Positions 25,906 through 35,961 of a stretch of 64,000 nucleotides of DNA are shown piece by piece. Under the pieces are notes generated by a model. That model saw nothing but the letters and a program-made list of their open reading frames with translations. It had not been told where the DNA came from and did no database searches. Every line of letters begins with the position of its first letter. The first letter of the stretch is position 1. The translations under genes were made by a program, and so were the position numbers. Origin of the DNA: an uncultured bacterium (GTDB taxonomy: Bacteria > Hinthialibacterota > Hinthialibacteria > Hinthialibacterales > Hinthialibacteraceae); contig CAZKYC010000010.1 of assembly GCA_964556895.1 (NCBI GenBank), forward strand, positions 3,883 to 67,882. The letters are read 5' to 3'.

Positions 25906-27339
25906 ATGACGATAACGTACATCATCCTCTTTTTATATCTCGCCGTCTTGATTGGCGTCGGCGTTTGGTGTTCACGGCGCCAGGCGTCGCTGCAAGACTT
26001 CTTTGTCGCAGGGCGCGACATGCCCGCCTGGGCTTCGCTGGCCGCGATTGTGGCGACCGAGACCAGCGCCGTCACCTTTATCGGCGCCCCCGCCCAGTCG
26101 TTTGTCGACGGCGGCGACTTTTGGTTTCTTCAAGTGGTGATGGGGTATATTCTCTCTCGCTTTGTCTTGTCGTATTATTTTCTGCCCAAATTTTTTGAAC
26201 ACGAAATCGTCACCATCTATCAATTTTTAGGGCGGCGCTTTGGCCAGGAAGTTCAAAAAACCTCCGGCGTGTTTTTCTTTATCACCCGCGCCATGGCGGC
26301 GGGGGTTCGCCACTTCGCCGCGGCGGTGGTCATCCAAGCCATGACCGGGTGGGACGTGGTCACCGCCATCATCGTTACCGGGATCATCGCGGTACTGTAT
26401 TCGGTCATGGGCGGGCTGGCGGCGGTCATCTGGACGGAAGTCATCCAATTCGCCGTGATGATGTTAGGCGGGCTGTTTGTATTTTTCTATATTCTGAACG
26501 TCACCCCCGGCGGGCTTTCAGAAATGATCAGTTATGGCGCCAGTCAGAGCAAGTTTGATGTATTTCATTGGTCATTTGAAGGCAAGGGTTTTCTTCTCGG
26601 CCTCGCGGGAGGGTTCTGTCTCAACCTCGCGTCTCACGGCGCCGATCAAGACCTGGTCCAGCGCCTGCTCTCCTGCCGCAGCCTGCGCAGCGCCCAGTGG
26701 TCGTTGGTTCTCAGCGGCGGGGTGGTTTTTCTTTTGTTTGGATTTTTGTTGTTTGTCGGCGTCATGCTCAGCCGCTTTTATAACGGCGCCCTGCCTGGCG
26801 GCGTCGACAAAGCCAATGAAATACTGCCCTATTTCGCGATGAACGAAATGGCGCCCGCAGCGGGCGCCTTTGTCTTGGCCGCGATTCTGTCAGCCGCCAT
26901 GTCGAGCACGGCTTCAGCGCTGAATTCGCTTTCATCCACATCAATCAGCGATTTTGTATTGCCCTCGCTCAAAGAAGAACTTTGTGAAACCCGTTTGGTG
27001 TTGTTGTCTCGCGTCTTCACGGTGTGTTGGATGATCGTGTTAATTGGGATCGCGCTGGTCTCAAGTATGTTAAAGGAAAACATTCTCGACTTGGCGCTCA
27101 GCATCCCCAGTTATACCTTCGGCAGCCTCTTGGCGGCGTTTGTGTTGGGCATCTTCACGCCGCTCAAAAACCAACGCGCTGTCACCATCGGCATGGTAAC
27201 GGGCGTGTTCGCCGTTGTCGGAGTGATGTTACTCGGTTTTCATTGGACGGCGTGGGTGCCGTCGGGCGCGTTTGCGTCTATTATTGTTGCATTGATACTC
27301 AATGCGTTGCTGCCTCAGCCAGCTTCGCAAACTTCATAG
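25906..27339 (+). CDS. Sodium:solute symporter family (SSF) transporter
   Basis: About 13 predicted TM helices; SSF N-terminal pattern (LAVLIGVGVWCSRRQASLQDFFVAGRDMPAWASLAAIVATETSAVTFIGAPAQSF). 477 aa. Confidence 0.85.
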   Translation: MTITYIILFLYLAVLIGVGVWCSRRQASLQDFFVAGRDMPAWASLAAIVATETSAVTFIGAPAQSFVDGGDFWFLQVVMGYILSRFVLSYYFLPKFFEHEIVTIYQFLGRRFGQEVQKTSGVFFFITRAMAAGVRHFAAAVVIQAMTGWDVVTAIIVTGIIAVLYSVMGGLAAVIWTEVIQFAVMMLGGLFVFFYILNVTPGGLSEMISYGASQSKFDVFHWSFEGKGFLLGLAGGFCLNLASHGADQDLVQRLLSCRSLRSAQWSLVLSGGVVFLLFGFLLFVGVMLSRFYNGALPGGVDKANEILPYFAMNEMAPAAGAFVLAAILSAAMSSTASALNSLSSTSISDFVLPSLKEELCETRLVLLSRVFTVCWMIVLIGIALVSSMLKENILDLALSIPSYTFGSLLAAFVLGIFTPLKNQRAVTIGMVTGVFAVVGVMLLGFHWTAWVPSGAFASIIVALILNALLPQPASQTS

Positions 27340-27348
27340 GCGTTTTGG

Positions 27349-28923
27349 ATGCAAGACTCAGCAAGGGCCGCGTTCTTCAGTATTCTTCTCCTTGTATTCG
27401 CCGGATGCGGCGCAGGCTCTGGATCGTTTTTTGTTCCTCTCAAAAACCCCGACACGTTAGTCACCTTTGACATCTTTGATCCGCCCACGCTTGACCCTCA
27501 CCGCTCGTGGGGCGTCGCTGACGGGCGTTTGATTGGCATGTTGTTCTGTAACCTGGTGCGCTTCAATCGCGACGCGGAAATTGTCCCCGACCTGGCAACC
27601 TCGTGGACGATCTCAGACGACGGCAAGGTCTACTCATTCGAGCTAAATCCGCAGGCGAAATTCGCCAACGGCGACCCAATCACCGCTGAGGATGTCATTT
27701 ATTCGTTTGAGCGCGCTTTGTCTGAAGACACCGCCGCAGCCAACCGCTGGGCGCTCGAACCCATCATCAAGATGGAAGCGCAGGGCAGCCATTCGCTGCA
27801 ACTGACATTAAGTGGGCCGTTTGCGCCCTTTATCGGCCAGTTGGCCATGCCGATTGGCTCGATTGTTCCTCGAAAAGAGATCGAAAAAAGCGAGACAGCG
27901 AATGTCCCGTTTGGAACCCGCCCCCTCGGCGGCGGGCCCTGGCGATTGGTCGAATGGAAACACGACCGCCATGTGATACTGGAACGCAACCCATACTACT
28001 TCGCCCAAAAGCCAAACATGGAACGATTCATCTATCGTGTGATCCCCAACCACTTCACCGCCGTGGCGGAATTTGAAACGGGCAACTTGTCTATCGTTGA
28101 AGAACTGCCTGACGCCGAGATTCCCCGCTGGACGACCGACGAGAACTGGAAACCGTATGTCGCCGAATCGCCCCAGCTCAACACCGACATGGTGTTGTTC
28201 AACTGTTCGAAGCCTCCCCTCGATCAGGCTGAAGTACGCCGCGCATTGGTTTCACTCGTCGACACAGAGAAAGTATTGCAATGCGTCCGGTTTGGGGCGG
28301 GTGTGCCTAGCGGCGGGCCGATTCCATCTAGTTTGCCAGGCGGCGCCAAGACGCGCGTTCCATTTAATCTCACTCAAGAGCAGGCAAAAGACATTCTTCA
28401 AAACGCCGGATTGCTCGACCGCGAACTGGTAATCGTCTTCCCTGAGCGTGAGGGCTTTACCCGCGCGACGGGCGAGGTGCTTCAAGCGTTATGGAAGCGC
28501 GCCGGACTGAACGCGCGAATCCAACAACTCGAATGGGCGACCTATCGACAGGCACTGCGCGAAGGCAAGTTTGACGCCGCCTATCGAAGTTGGTACGCCG
28601 ATTACCCCGACGGCGACAACTTTTTGTATCCGCTCTTTCATTCGTCTCAAACTGGACAAAGCAACTTCACCTTTCTCAATGACCCCGAAGTCGACAGTTT
28701 GATTGACAAATCGCGCCGCGAACTGGATGTAGACAAACGGCTGGCGATGGTAGAACGCGCCAACGCCATGCTTTATCAAAAAGCGCCTGCGTTGTTTTTA
28801 TGGCACCGCACCCAATACACCATCCGACACCCGTCTGTGACAGGGTATAAGCCGACGCTGATTTTTAACGGCGTGCGCTATTTAACTGAAACCATTACCG
28901 AACCCGAAAGCGGCGCGATATGA
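27349..28923 (+). CDS. ABC transporter substrate-binding lipoprotein, family 5 (peptide/nickel/oligosaccharide type)
   Basis: Lipoprotein signal with lipobox (LLLVFAGCGAGSG). SBP_bac_5-like length and motifs (RNPYYF, LYQKAPALFLWH). Followed directly by two DppB/DppC-type permease genes. Confidence 0.85.
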   Translation: MQDSARAAFFSILLLVFAGCGAGSGSFFVPLKNPDTLVTFDIFDPPTLDPHRSWGVADGRLIGMLFCNLVRFNRDAEIVPDLATSWTISDDGKVYSFELNPQAKFANGDPITAEDVIYSFERALSEDTAAANRWALEPIIKMEAQGSHSLQLTLSGPFAPFIGQLAMPIGSIVPRKEIEKSETANVPFGTRPLGGGPWRLVEWKHDRHVILERNPYYFAQKPNMERFIYRVIPNHFTAVAEFETGNLSIVEELPDAEIPRWTTDENWKPYVAESPQLNTDMVLFNCSKPPLDQAEVRRALVSLVDTEKVLQCVRFGAGVPSGGPIPSSLPGGAKTRVPFNLTQEQAKDILQNAGLLDRELVIVFPEREGFTRATGEVLQALWKRAGLNARIQQLEWATYRQALREGKFDAAYRSWYADYPDGDNFLYPLFHSSQTGQSNFTFLNDPEVDSLIDKSRRELDVDKRLAMVERANAMLYQKAPALFLWHRTQYTIRHPSVTGYKPTLIFNGVRYLTETITEPESGAI

Positions 28924-29846
28924 CTTCGTATATCATCCGCCGCTTGTTGTTGATGGTCCCCGTGTTATTCGGCGTAGTGACGATTGCGTTTTTTTTAAGC
29001 CGGTTGGCGCCGGGCGATCCCGCCGACGCCATGGCAGGGCAACGCGCCACCGAAGAACAAAAACAAATGATCGCCCAGAAGTATGGGTTTGACCAACCCC
29101 TATATATTCAGTATGGCAAATACTTGTTGAACCTGGCGCAGGGCGACATGGGCTTATCGTATGACAGTCACCGCCCGGTCACCGAGATCATCGCCGAACG
29201 CTTCCCTTACACCTTCAAACTGGCGGCGGCGGCGATGGTGGTCGCGATTATTCTGGGCGTTGCGGCTGGTCTGGTCTCAGCGCTGTTGCCTAACTCATGG
29301 TATGACCGCGCGGCGATGATATTTTCGATGTTGGGAATCTCGACGCCCGTATTCTGGCTGGGCCTGTTGTTGATGTATTTCATCAGCGTCCAGTTGCAAC
29401 TGCTGCCTCCGTCAGGATACGGCGACGGCAGTTGGCGCTATCTGGTTTTGCCTGCGATCGCGCTAGGGACGCAATCGGTCGCGCTCTTGGCCCGCATGAC
29501 CCGCGCCGCCATGCTCGAAGTGTTGCGCGAAGATTACCTGCGCACCGCCTACGCCAAAGGCCTGGCGCCCTGGAAAGTGATCAGCAAACACGCCTTCGCC
29601 AACGCGGTGATCCCCATCATCACCATCATCGGCGTTGACTTCGCGAGTTATCTATCAGGCTCGGTGTTGACCGAAAAAGTGTTCTCATGGCCAGGCCTGG
29701 GGCGGCATGTAGTGATTGCGATTGGGCAACGCGACTACCCCGTTATCAACGGGACCGTCTTGTTCTTCGCCGTCATTTTTTTGATGATCAACTTATTGGT
29801 TGACGTGCTGTACGCGTACTTAGACCCAAGGATCCGTTACGAATGA
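28920..29846 (+). CDS. ABC transporter permease (DppB/OppB type)
   Basis: 6-TM permease with the EAA-like loop (YLRTAYAKGLAPWKVISKHAFANA). ATGA overlap with the upstream binding-protein gene. Confidence 0.85.
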   Translation: MTSYIIRRLLLMVPVLFGVVTIAFFLSRLAPGDPADAMAGQRATEEQKQMIAQKYGFDQPLYIQYGKYLLNLAQGDMGLSYDSHRPVTEIIAERFPYTFKLAAAAMVVAIILGVAAGLVSALLPNSWYDRAAMIFSMLGISTPVFWLGLLLMYFISVQLQLLPPSGYGDGSWRYLVLPAIALGTQSVALLARMTRAAMLEVLREDYLRTAYAKGLAPWKVISKHAFANAVIPIITIIGVDFASYLSGSVLTEKVFSWPGLGRHVVIAIGQRDYPVINGTVLFFAVIFLMINLLVDVLYAYLDPRIRYE

Positions 29847-30676
29847 AACAGGCGTTGCGCCATCCCTATATCTTGATCGGCGGCAGCGTCGCCCTAGCGC
29901 TAATCTTCATCGCGGTGTTTGCGCCGTTGGTCAGCCCTTATCATCCTAATGAGATTGACCTCGACGCCTACTATCAACCGCCGTCGGCAAAGCACTGGTT
30001 TGGCGCCGACGAAGTAGGCCGCGACATCTTCTCGCGCGTGGTCTACGGCGCGCGCATCTCACTCGGCATCGGCGTCACCACGCGGACCTTTAGCCTGCTG
30101 ATCGGTATGGTCGTCGGCTGTTTGTCTGGGTTTTACGGCGGCAAGGTCGATATGTTTCTTCAACGCATCGTTGATATTACGCTGGCATTTCCGTTTTTGT
30201 TGTTGGTGATTTCTATTGCGGTGATTTTCCCCAGTGGGATACTCGCAGTCTTTGTCTCGCTCAGCCTGGTGATGTGGGCGGGAGCGGCGCGGCTGATTCG
30301 CTCACAAGTAATGGTGGTGAAAGAACGCGAGTTTGTAAACGCCGCCCGCGCCTATGGCGCGTCTGATTTCACCATCATCCTGCGGCATATCATTCCAAAC
30401 AGTTACGCGCCCGCGTTGATCTGGTGGACGATGGGCCTGGCGCAAGCCATCATGGCCGAAGCGGGGCTGTCGTTTCTCGGCCTGGGCGCGCAACCGCCGA
30501 CGCCCAGTTGGGGCGGCATGATCAATTTTGGTTCGCAGGCGATACGCGTGGCGCCGTGGGCGTCGATCTTTCCCGGCGCGGCGTTGGCGTTGACCGTGTT
30601 GGCGTTTAACCTGATAGGAGAGGGCCTGCGCGACGTCCTCGACGTCAAAGACGCCGGCGCAAAAAAAACAGACTGA
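29843..30676 (+). CDS. ABC transporter permease (DppC/OppC type)
   Basis: N-terminal DppC-like region (FIAVFAPLVSPYHPNEIDL) and EAA loop (EFVNAARAYGASDFTIILRHIIPN). Overlaps the previous permease (ATGA). Confidence 0.85.
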   Translation: MKQALRHPYILIGGSVALALIFIAVFAPLVSPYHPNEIDLDAYYQPPSAKHWFGADEVGRDIFSRVVYGARISLGIGVTTRTFSLLIGMVVGCLSGFYGGKVDMFLQRIVDITLAFPFLLLVISIAVIFPSGILAVFVSLSLVMWAGAARLIRSQVMVVKEREFVNAARAYGASDFTIILRHIIPNSYAPALIWWTMGLAQAIMAEAGLSFLGLGAQPPTPSWGGMINFGSQAIRVAPWASIFPGAALALTVLAFNLIGEGLRDVLDVKDAGAKKTD

Positions 30677-30712
30677 TTCACAATACTCACTCATCGTCGT
30701 ATCATTCTTCAT

Positions 30713-31450
30713 ATGCCAAACTCTACTGAACTCTACTTAAACCTATTAAAACGCTGTCTCTTGGGCGAACTCTACCAGGACGGCTCAATCACCGCGGGCA
30801 ATGAACAGCCTTATGACCCGGCGCTTCGCGCTGAAGGCCGCGACTGGCCGCAATTCGCCCACACCATGATCGGACGCAAACGCCTCGACCATCTGCATGA
30901 ATGCCTCGACCTCATCAAAGACGAAAATATCTCCGGCGACGTGATTGAGACCGGCGTATGGCGCGGCGGCGCTTCGATCTTCATGCGCGGCTTTATGAAA
31001 TCTCACAATGAGGCGCGCACCGTCTGGGCGGCGGATTCATTCGCAGGCTTGCCCAAACCTGACGCTGAGCGCTACCCTCAAGACGCTGGAGACCAACACT
31101 ACGCCGCGCCTGAGTTGGCGGTGTCGCTGGATGATGTGAAAGAGAATTTCTCTCGTTATGGACTATTAGACGACGGCGTGCGTTTTCTCGAGGGATGGTT
31201 TAACGAGACACTGCCTGATGCGCCTATTGAACAATTAGCCCTGATCCGCCTCGACGGCGATATGTATCAATCGACGTGGGAAGCGCTCGACGCCTTGTAC
31301 GGCAAACTATCGCCCGGCGGCGTCGTCATCGTAGACGACTATGGCGCCGTGCCCGCTTGTAAGGCTGCTGTCGAAGACTTCCGCAGCCAACACGACATCG
31401 CCGCCGACGTCAAATCCATCGACTGGACCGGCGCCTGGTGGCGGAAGTGA
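30713..31450 (+). CDS. TylF/MycF-family (macrocin-type) SAM-dependent O-methyltransferase
   Basis: Family motifs DVIETGVWRGGASIFM (SAM-binding glycine loop) and IRLDGDMYQSTWEALDALY (metal-binding DxDxY). 245 aa, the typical size. Confidence 0.7.
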   Translation: MPNSTELYLNLLKRCLLGELYQDGSITAGNEQPYDPALRAEGRDWPQFAHTMIGRKRLDHLHECLDLIKDENISGDVIETGVWRGGASIFMRGFMKSHNEARTVWAADSFAGLPKPDAERYPQDAGDQHYAAPELAVSLDDVKENFSRYGLLDDGVRFLEGWFNETLPDAPIEQLALIRLDGDMYQSTWEALDALYGKLSPGGVVIVDDYGAVPACKAAVEDFRSQHDIAADVKSIDWTGAWWRK

Positions 31451-31455
31451 GTCAC

Positions 31456-32448
31456 TCACAACTCCAACACAGCCCTCACTGCGCCAACCACTCGGCCCTG
31501 CAATTCGCCATTGGTCGCGACCACGCCTTGGTTTGACTCGAGGCGGCGGCCTTTTGAAAAATCGAGCGCATTGCCGTTCACATCAGTCACCACGCCGCCC
31601 GCTTCCTCTATCACCACCACACCGGCCGCGTGATCCCAAATTTTTTCGACATAATCGGCGCGGGTCGGCAGGCGCAGATAGATCGACGCTTCGCCGCGCG
31701 CCACGGCGGCGTACTTACACTGACTGTCAATACGAAAAGGCGGGTTGATCACGCCCAAGCGCTGGGCGATCTGTTCGGCGTGACCGTGAGACGTATGCCC
31801 TGACTCGACCGATTCGACAAACGACGCCTGGCAGGCCTCGGCAATCGTCGAAACCTGAACCGGCGTTTCATTACCACTATCGAGATTCATCTGAACGGCG
31901 CCGCCGCCCTTGCTAGCGACAAACAAACACCCCTTGGCGCCGCCAGGCTGGCTAGGATCAACCGGCAGGTTGGGGCATCCGAGAACGCCCAACACCACTT
32001 CGCCATCTTCGATCAACGCCAGCGCGACCGCGTAGTGTTCGGCGCGAAGAAAGCCCTTGGTGCCGTCTATGGGGTCAATCGTCCAAAAGCGGCCTTGGGC
32101 GCCGCCTTCGGCGTTTCCTTTGTCAATCACAGATAGAATCTCGTCTTCGCTGGCGCCATCGGTTTCAGGCGCAGCGCACTCTATTACGCGTCGTTTTAAC
32201 GCTTCGTTCTCAGCCTTGCGCAAATCGCCCGCGTCTTCTTCGCCCACGATTGGAATATCAGAAAACGCGGCCAACAAGCGCAAGGACGCTGCCGCCTGCG
32301 AGCCATAATCGGCCACAGTTACTGGAGAACGGTCTTTTTTGGTGAGCGTCTCTTGTGTGACTAAGGTTTGTTGGACGCGCTGGCACAACCGTGAAGCCGC
32401 CATTACGGCGTCAATCGCCACCCGTCTTTCGTTTTCGTAACTCATCAA
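31456..32448 (-). CDS. 3'(2'),5'-bisphosphate nucleotidase / inositol monophosphatase family (CysQ/HAL2-like)
   Basis: Metal-binding motifs of the family: PIVGEED, WTIDPIDGTKGF, VVLGVLGCPNLP and a C-terminal WDHAAG. Confidence 0.8.
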   Translation of the reverse strand: MMSYENERRVAIDAVMAASRLCQRVQQTLVTQETLTKKDRSPVTVADYGSQAAASLRLLAAFSDIPIVGEEDAGDLRKAENEALKRRVIECAAPETDGASEDEILSVIDKGNAEGGAQGRFWTIDPIDGTKGFLRAEHYAVALALIEDGEVVLGVLGCPNLPVDPSQPGGAKGCLFVASKGGGAVQMNLDSGNETPVQVSTIAEACQASFVESVESGHTSHGHAEQIAQRLGVINPPFRIDSQCKYAAVARGEASIYLRLPTRADYVEKIWDHAAGVVVIEEAGGVVTDVNGNALDFSKGRRLESNQGVVATNGELQGRVVGAVRAVLEL

Positions 32449-32585
32449 TCCCTCAACGATGCAAATTGGTCTCTACCCATCAAAACGGCGAAATGCGATG
32501 GGTCAAGCCAAAGGGGCGCGCTAGCATAATTTGTCACGCTATGATAATTTGCACACACTATTTTTTGACCAAACGGGGAGAAACC

Positions 32586-34109
32586 ATGAAACGCCGAACT
32601 TTCTTACAAGCCAGCGCGGCGGCGCTTTGCGGCGCGACCGCACCAACCGTCAAAGCCGACCAGCGTCCGAATATTTTGTTCGCCATCTCTGACGACCAGT
32701 CGTGGCCTCACGCCAGCGCCTATGGTTCGCGCATGGTCAAGACGCCCGCTTTCGACTGGATGGCGAAAGAAGGCTGTTTGTTCACCAACGTCTACGCTTC
32801 CGCGCCGCAATGCTCCCCCAACCGCGCTTCAATTCTGACGGGCCGCCCCATTTGGAGCCTGGAAGAAGCCGGCACACACAGCAGTTACTTTCCCAAAAAA
32901 TGGACGGTGTTCCCTGACCTGCTCGAAGGCTCCGGCTACACCATCGGCTTCACAGGAAAAGCCTGGGGGCCAGGCGACTGGAAGACGCCAGGGCGTAAGC
33001 GCAACCCGGTCGGCAACCAGTTCTCAAACCGGCGAATGCAAACCACGCCTGAGGGAATCAACAGGAACGATTACGCTGGGAACTTTGAAGATTTCATCAA
33101 CCAAAAATCCAATAACGCGCCATTCTTTTTCTGGTATGGCGCCAGCGAGCCGCATCGCGTTTACCAACGCGGCATCGGCGAAGACTCAGGCAAGAAACTG
33201 TCTGACGCCGAGGTCCCTTCGTTTCTGCCCGACAACGGCGTGGTGCGCGGCGACTTGTTAGATTACGCAGTCGAGATTGAGTGGTTCGACTCACACCTGA
33301 TGCGTATGCTGGAACTGCTCAAACAGCGCGGCGAACTCGACAACACCATCGTCATCGTCACCAGCGACAATGGAATGCCTTTCCCTGGCGCCAAGGCGAC
33401 GCTGTATGAGTATGGCATCCACATGCCGTTCGCCGTACGCTGGGCCGACGGAATGAACGGCGCCCGCAAGATCAACGACTTTGTCTCGTTTATCGACCTG
33501 GCGCCAACTCTTCTCGAAGCGGCGGGCGTAGAAGCCCACAAAGACATGATGGGCGATAGTTTTCTTGATGTGTTAACATCGAACAAATCCGGCCAGGTTG
33601 ACCCAGCCCGCGACAGAATTTTCGCCGGGCGCGAGCGCCATTCTCACTCGCGGTTTGACAACTGGGGCTACCCTGCGCGCTGCATCCGTAAAGACAACTG
33701 GCTCTACATTCGAAACTTCAAACCGGACCGAATTTTGGCGGGCGACCCGCCCAATTACCATGACATCGACGACGGCCCCGCCAAATCCTATATGATGGAC
33801 AACCGTGACGACCCAGCCATCAAGCCGCTGTTTGACCACTGTTTCGGCAAATACCCGCCCGAACAATTATTTGATGTCAGCAGAGACCCGGGCTGTATGA
33901 ACAACCTGGCCGACCAACCGCAATTGGCCGCAGCCAAGAACCAATTATGGTCAATCCTGCTTGATCAACTTGAGAGAAGCAGAGACCCGCGCGTTAAAGG
34001 AAACGGCCATTTGTTTGAGAGTTACCCGCGTTTTGGCGGTATGCGTCCGCAACTGGGCGGCTTCGCCGAGCGAACAAAATACAACCCGAAATATCAAACC
34101 GCGAGGTGA
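32586..34109 (+). CDS. Formylglycine-dependent sulfatase with Tat/Sec signal
   Basis: Start set at the ATG at 32586 (GGGGAGA RBS). Signal MKRRTFLQASAAALCGATAP. Sulfatase signature CSPNRASILTGR (C-x-P-x-R) with NILFAISDDQSWPH upstream, and the second sulfatase motif GYTIGFTGKAW. Confidence 0.85.
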   Translation: MKRRTFLQASAAALCGATAPTVKADQRPNILFAISDDQSWPHASAYGSRMVKTPAFDWMAKEGCLFTNVYASAPQCSPNRASILTGRPIWSLEEAGTHSSYFPKKWTVFPDLLEGSGYTIGFTGKAWGPGDWKTPGRKRNPVGNQFSNRRMQTTPEGINRNDYAGNFEDFINQKSNNAPFFFWYGASEPHRVYQRGIGEDSGKKLSDAEVPSFLPDNGVVRGDLLDYAVEIEWFDSHLMRMLELLKQRGELDNTIVIVTSDNGMPFPGAKATLYEYGIHMPFAVRWADGMNGARKINDFVSFIDLAPTLLEAAGVEAHKDMMGDSFLDVLTSNKSGQVDPARDRIFAGRERHSHSRFDNWGYPARCIRKDNWLYIRNFKPDRILAGDPPNYHDIDDGPAKSYMMDNRDDPAIKPLFDHCFGKYPPEQLFDVSRDPGCMNNLADQPQLAAAKNQLWSILLDQLERSRDPRVKGNGHLFESYPRFGGMRPQLGGFAERTKYNPKYQTAR

Positions 34110-34209
34110 GATTAAAGTTCCTCCCCCAAAGTTTGGGTGAGGTTAGGTGGGGGTTGGGTTATTACATTAGCCTTAATGGTGGGCTAAGAAACCTCCGAGT
34201 GGTAGATTC

Positions 34210-35961
34210 TCAATACTTCTTCTCATACAACAACAACGCGGGGGTGATGTAAGCGTCGGGTTCGCGGCGGCGCAATATTTCGAGCGGCTCCATCCAGGCG
34301 CCCGCCCCAACGCCCTGTAAGAACGTCGCGCCAATGATGTAGGTCCCCGGCGGCAACGGCCCCGCGTCTTTCAGTATCGTATGTGGAACCCCGTAGGCGT
34401 CAGGCAATGATTTTGGGCCGAAATAAAACAGATACGGCTCACCGAGTTGATGGTCTTCGATGTATTGCTTGAGAATGATCAGGTCTTGGCCCCAGTCGAG
34501 GTTTGAATCAATCGCGAGATGGCGGCCGTTTTTTGACCCGCCCGCTAGAGTATTGAAATAAGTAATGTAATGAGGGTGAGTCATCATTGCTTGAACTACA
34601 CACCATACGACAAGCGCAAAAAACGCGGCCCGTTTTTTCATATTGGTTTTCTCAAATACAAAGGAAGCCGTAGCGCCTGCGCATAATACCATTAAGTAGG
34701 GCAAGACAGGCAACGCATGACGATAGCCAATCGCGGCCGTGTTAAACGCCATCAGAATTAACAAATAGATTGCTGGAACCACCAACATCACAACCAGCGC
34801 GGGTTGGTCAATCGTGATTAATTTCCGCACAAGCAAAAATACGCCAAAACCAAAAATTAACAGCAATGGCAAAGGCGTCTTGATGAGAAACAACGCCGGA
34901 TAGTAATAGATGAAGCCTGAATACGAAAACCGCCCAAACAGGTAGCCCATGTGGCCTTGCTGTAAGATTAGGCGAGTCGAGAAAAACCCTTCCCAATGGC
35001 TGAACGCGGGCATGTAGTTTGACAAAAACACCCACAGTGGATCATTGATATCATGCGGATCGAATGGATAGGCGTCCTGAAGGCCTACGATATGGCTGGC
35101 GTATAGCAGCGGCGTACGCGTTTCGATCCATAATTCGCTGTTGACGGGGATACGGTCGGGAATCGAATCGCCGATTTCAAAGGCGTAGCCCGCCCAGATG
35201 GTAAAGAACCCTGAGACGCAAACCACAATCAACATCACCGTCGCCGTGATCGTCTTCTGCATGGCAGGCGATAAGACATCAACCGATTTCGGCATTGAAC
35301 GGTTTGACGGCTTTGGCAAAACCAAAAACACCACAAACAAGGCGGGAAACAACAACAGGCCCGAATGCTTACATAGCCAGGCGCCCGCCGCGGCGGCGCC
35401 GACCTCCATCAGCATCAGCCAGTTTGGCTTGCAATAATATTTCCAACACACATACCCGGTGAGGGTATAAAAGAAGATGGTCCCCGCGTCGGTGGTGATG
35501 AGTTTTCCATGCGCTAACAGGTTGGGCTCAACCACGGTCAGCGCCAGGACGCATAGCCCCGGGCCCCATCCCCACAAGTCTTTCGCCCAAACAAAGACAA
35601 GAAAACAGAGCGCGAGCGACAGGGCCATGCTGCCCAAGCGGCCCGCGAGTAGCAATTGATGAATCGTATCGGGGTTGGCTTCAAGCAGGCGGTCGCCTGA
35701 CCCGTTCCAGATACCCTTGTTCCAACTTTCGTTGTCGTAGTCGAGCTCATAGTCGCACAACGCCGCGGCGAACAAGGCGCAGAACACATTTTGAAAGGGC
35801 GGGTCGACGCGGGTGATGCGAAAATCGCCAGTTGTGACTGCGTATAGGCCGCCCGCCAGGTGGCTGAGTTCGTCCACGGTGGCCGACTTGCGGCTGGCGC
35901 TGTGCCACAACAGAGCGGCGTGAACCGCGAGCAGCAAGACGACAATCAACCAGCGTTTCAT
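34210..35961 (-). CDS. Polytopic membrane protein, GT-C-like glycosyltransferase (putative)
   Basis: At least 10 predicted TM helices. Start taken at the internal ATG (MKRWLIVVLLLAVHA), which abuts the stop of the upstream exporter gene. The architecture of many TM segments plus periplasmic loops resembles PMT/ArnT-type GT-C enzymes, but no diagnostic motif is confirmed. Confidence 0.4.
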   Translation of the reverse strand: MKRWLIVVLLLAVHAALLWHSASRKSATVDELSHLAGGLYAVTTGDFRITRVDPPFQNVFCALFAAALCDYELDYDNESWNKGIWNGSGDRLLEANPDTIHQLLLAGRLGSMALSLALCFLVFVWAKDLWGWGPGLCVLALTVVEPNLLAHGKLITTDAGTIFFYTLTGYVCWKYYCKPNWLMLMEVGAAAAGAWLCKHSGLLLFPALFVVFLVLPKPSNRSMPKSVDVLSPAMQKTITATVMLIVVCVSGFFTIWAGYAFEIGDSIPDRIPVNSELWIETRTPLLYASHIVGLQDAYPFDPHDINDPLWVFLSNYMPAFSHWEGFFSTRLILQQGHMGYLFGRFSYSGFIYYYPALFLIKTPLPLLLIFGFGVFLLVRKLITIDQPALVVMLVVPAIYLLILMAFNTAAIGYRHALPVLPYLMVLCAGATASFVFEKTNMKKRAAFFALVVWCVVQAMMTHPHYITYFNTLAGGSKNGRHLAIDSNLDWGQDLIILKQYIEDHQLGEPYLFYFGPKSLPDAYGVPHTILKDAGPLPPGTYIIGATFLQGVGAGAWMEPLEILRRREPDAYITPALLLYEKKY

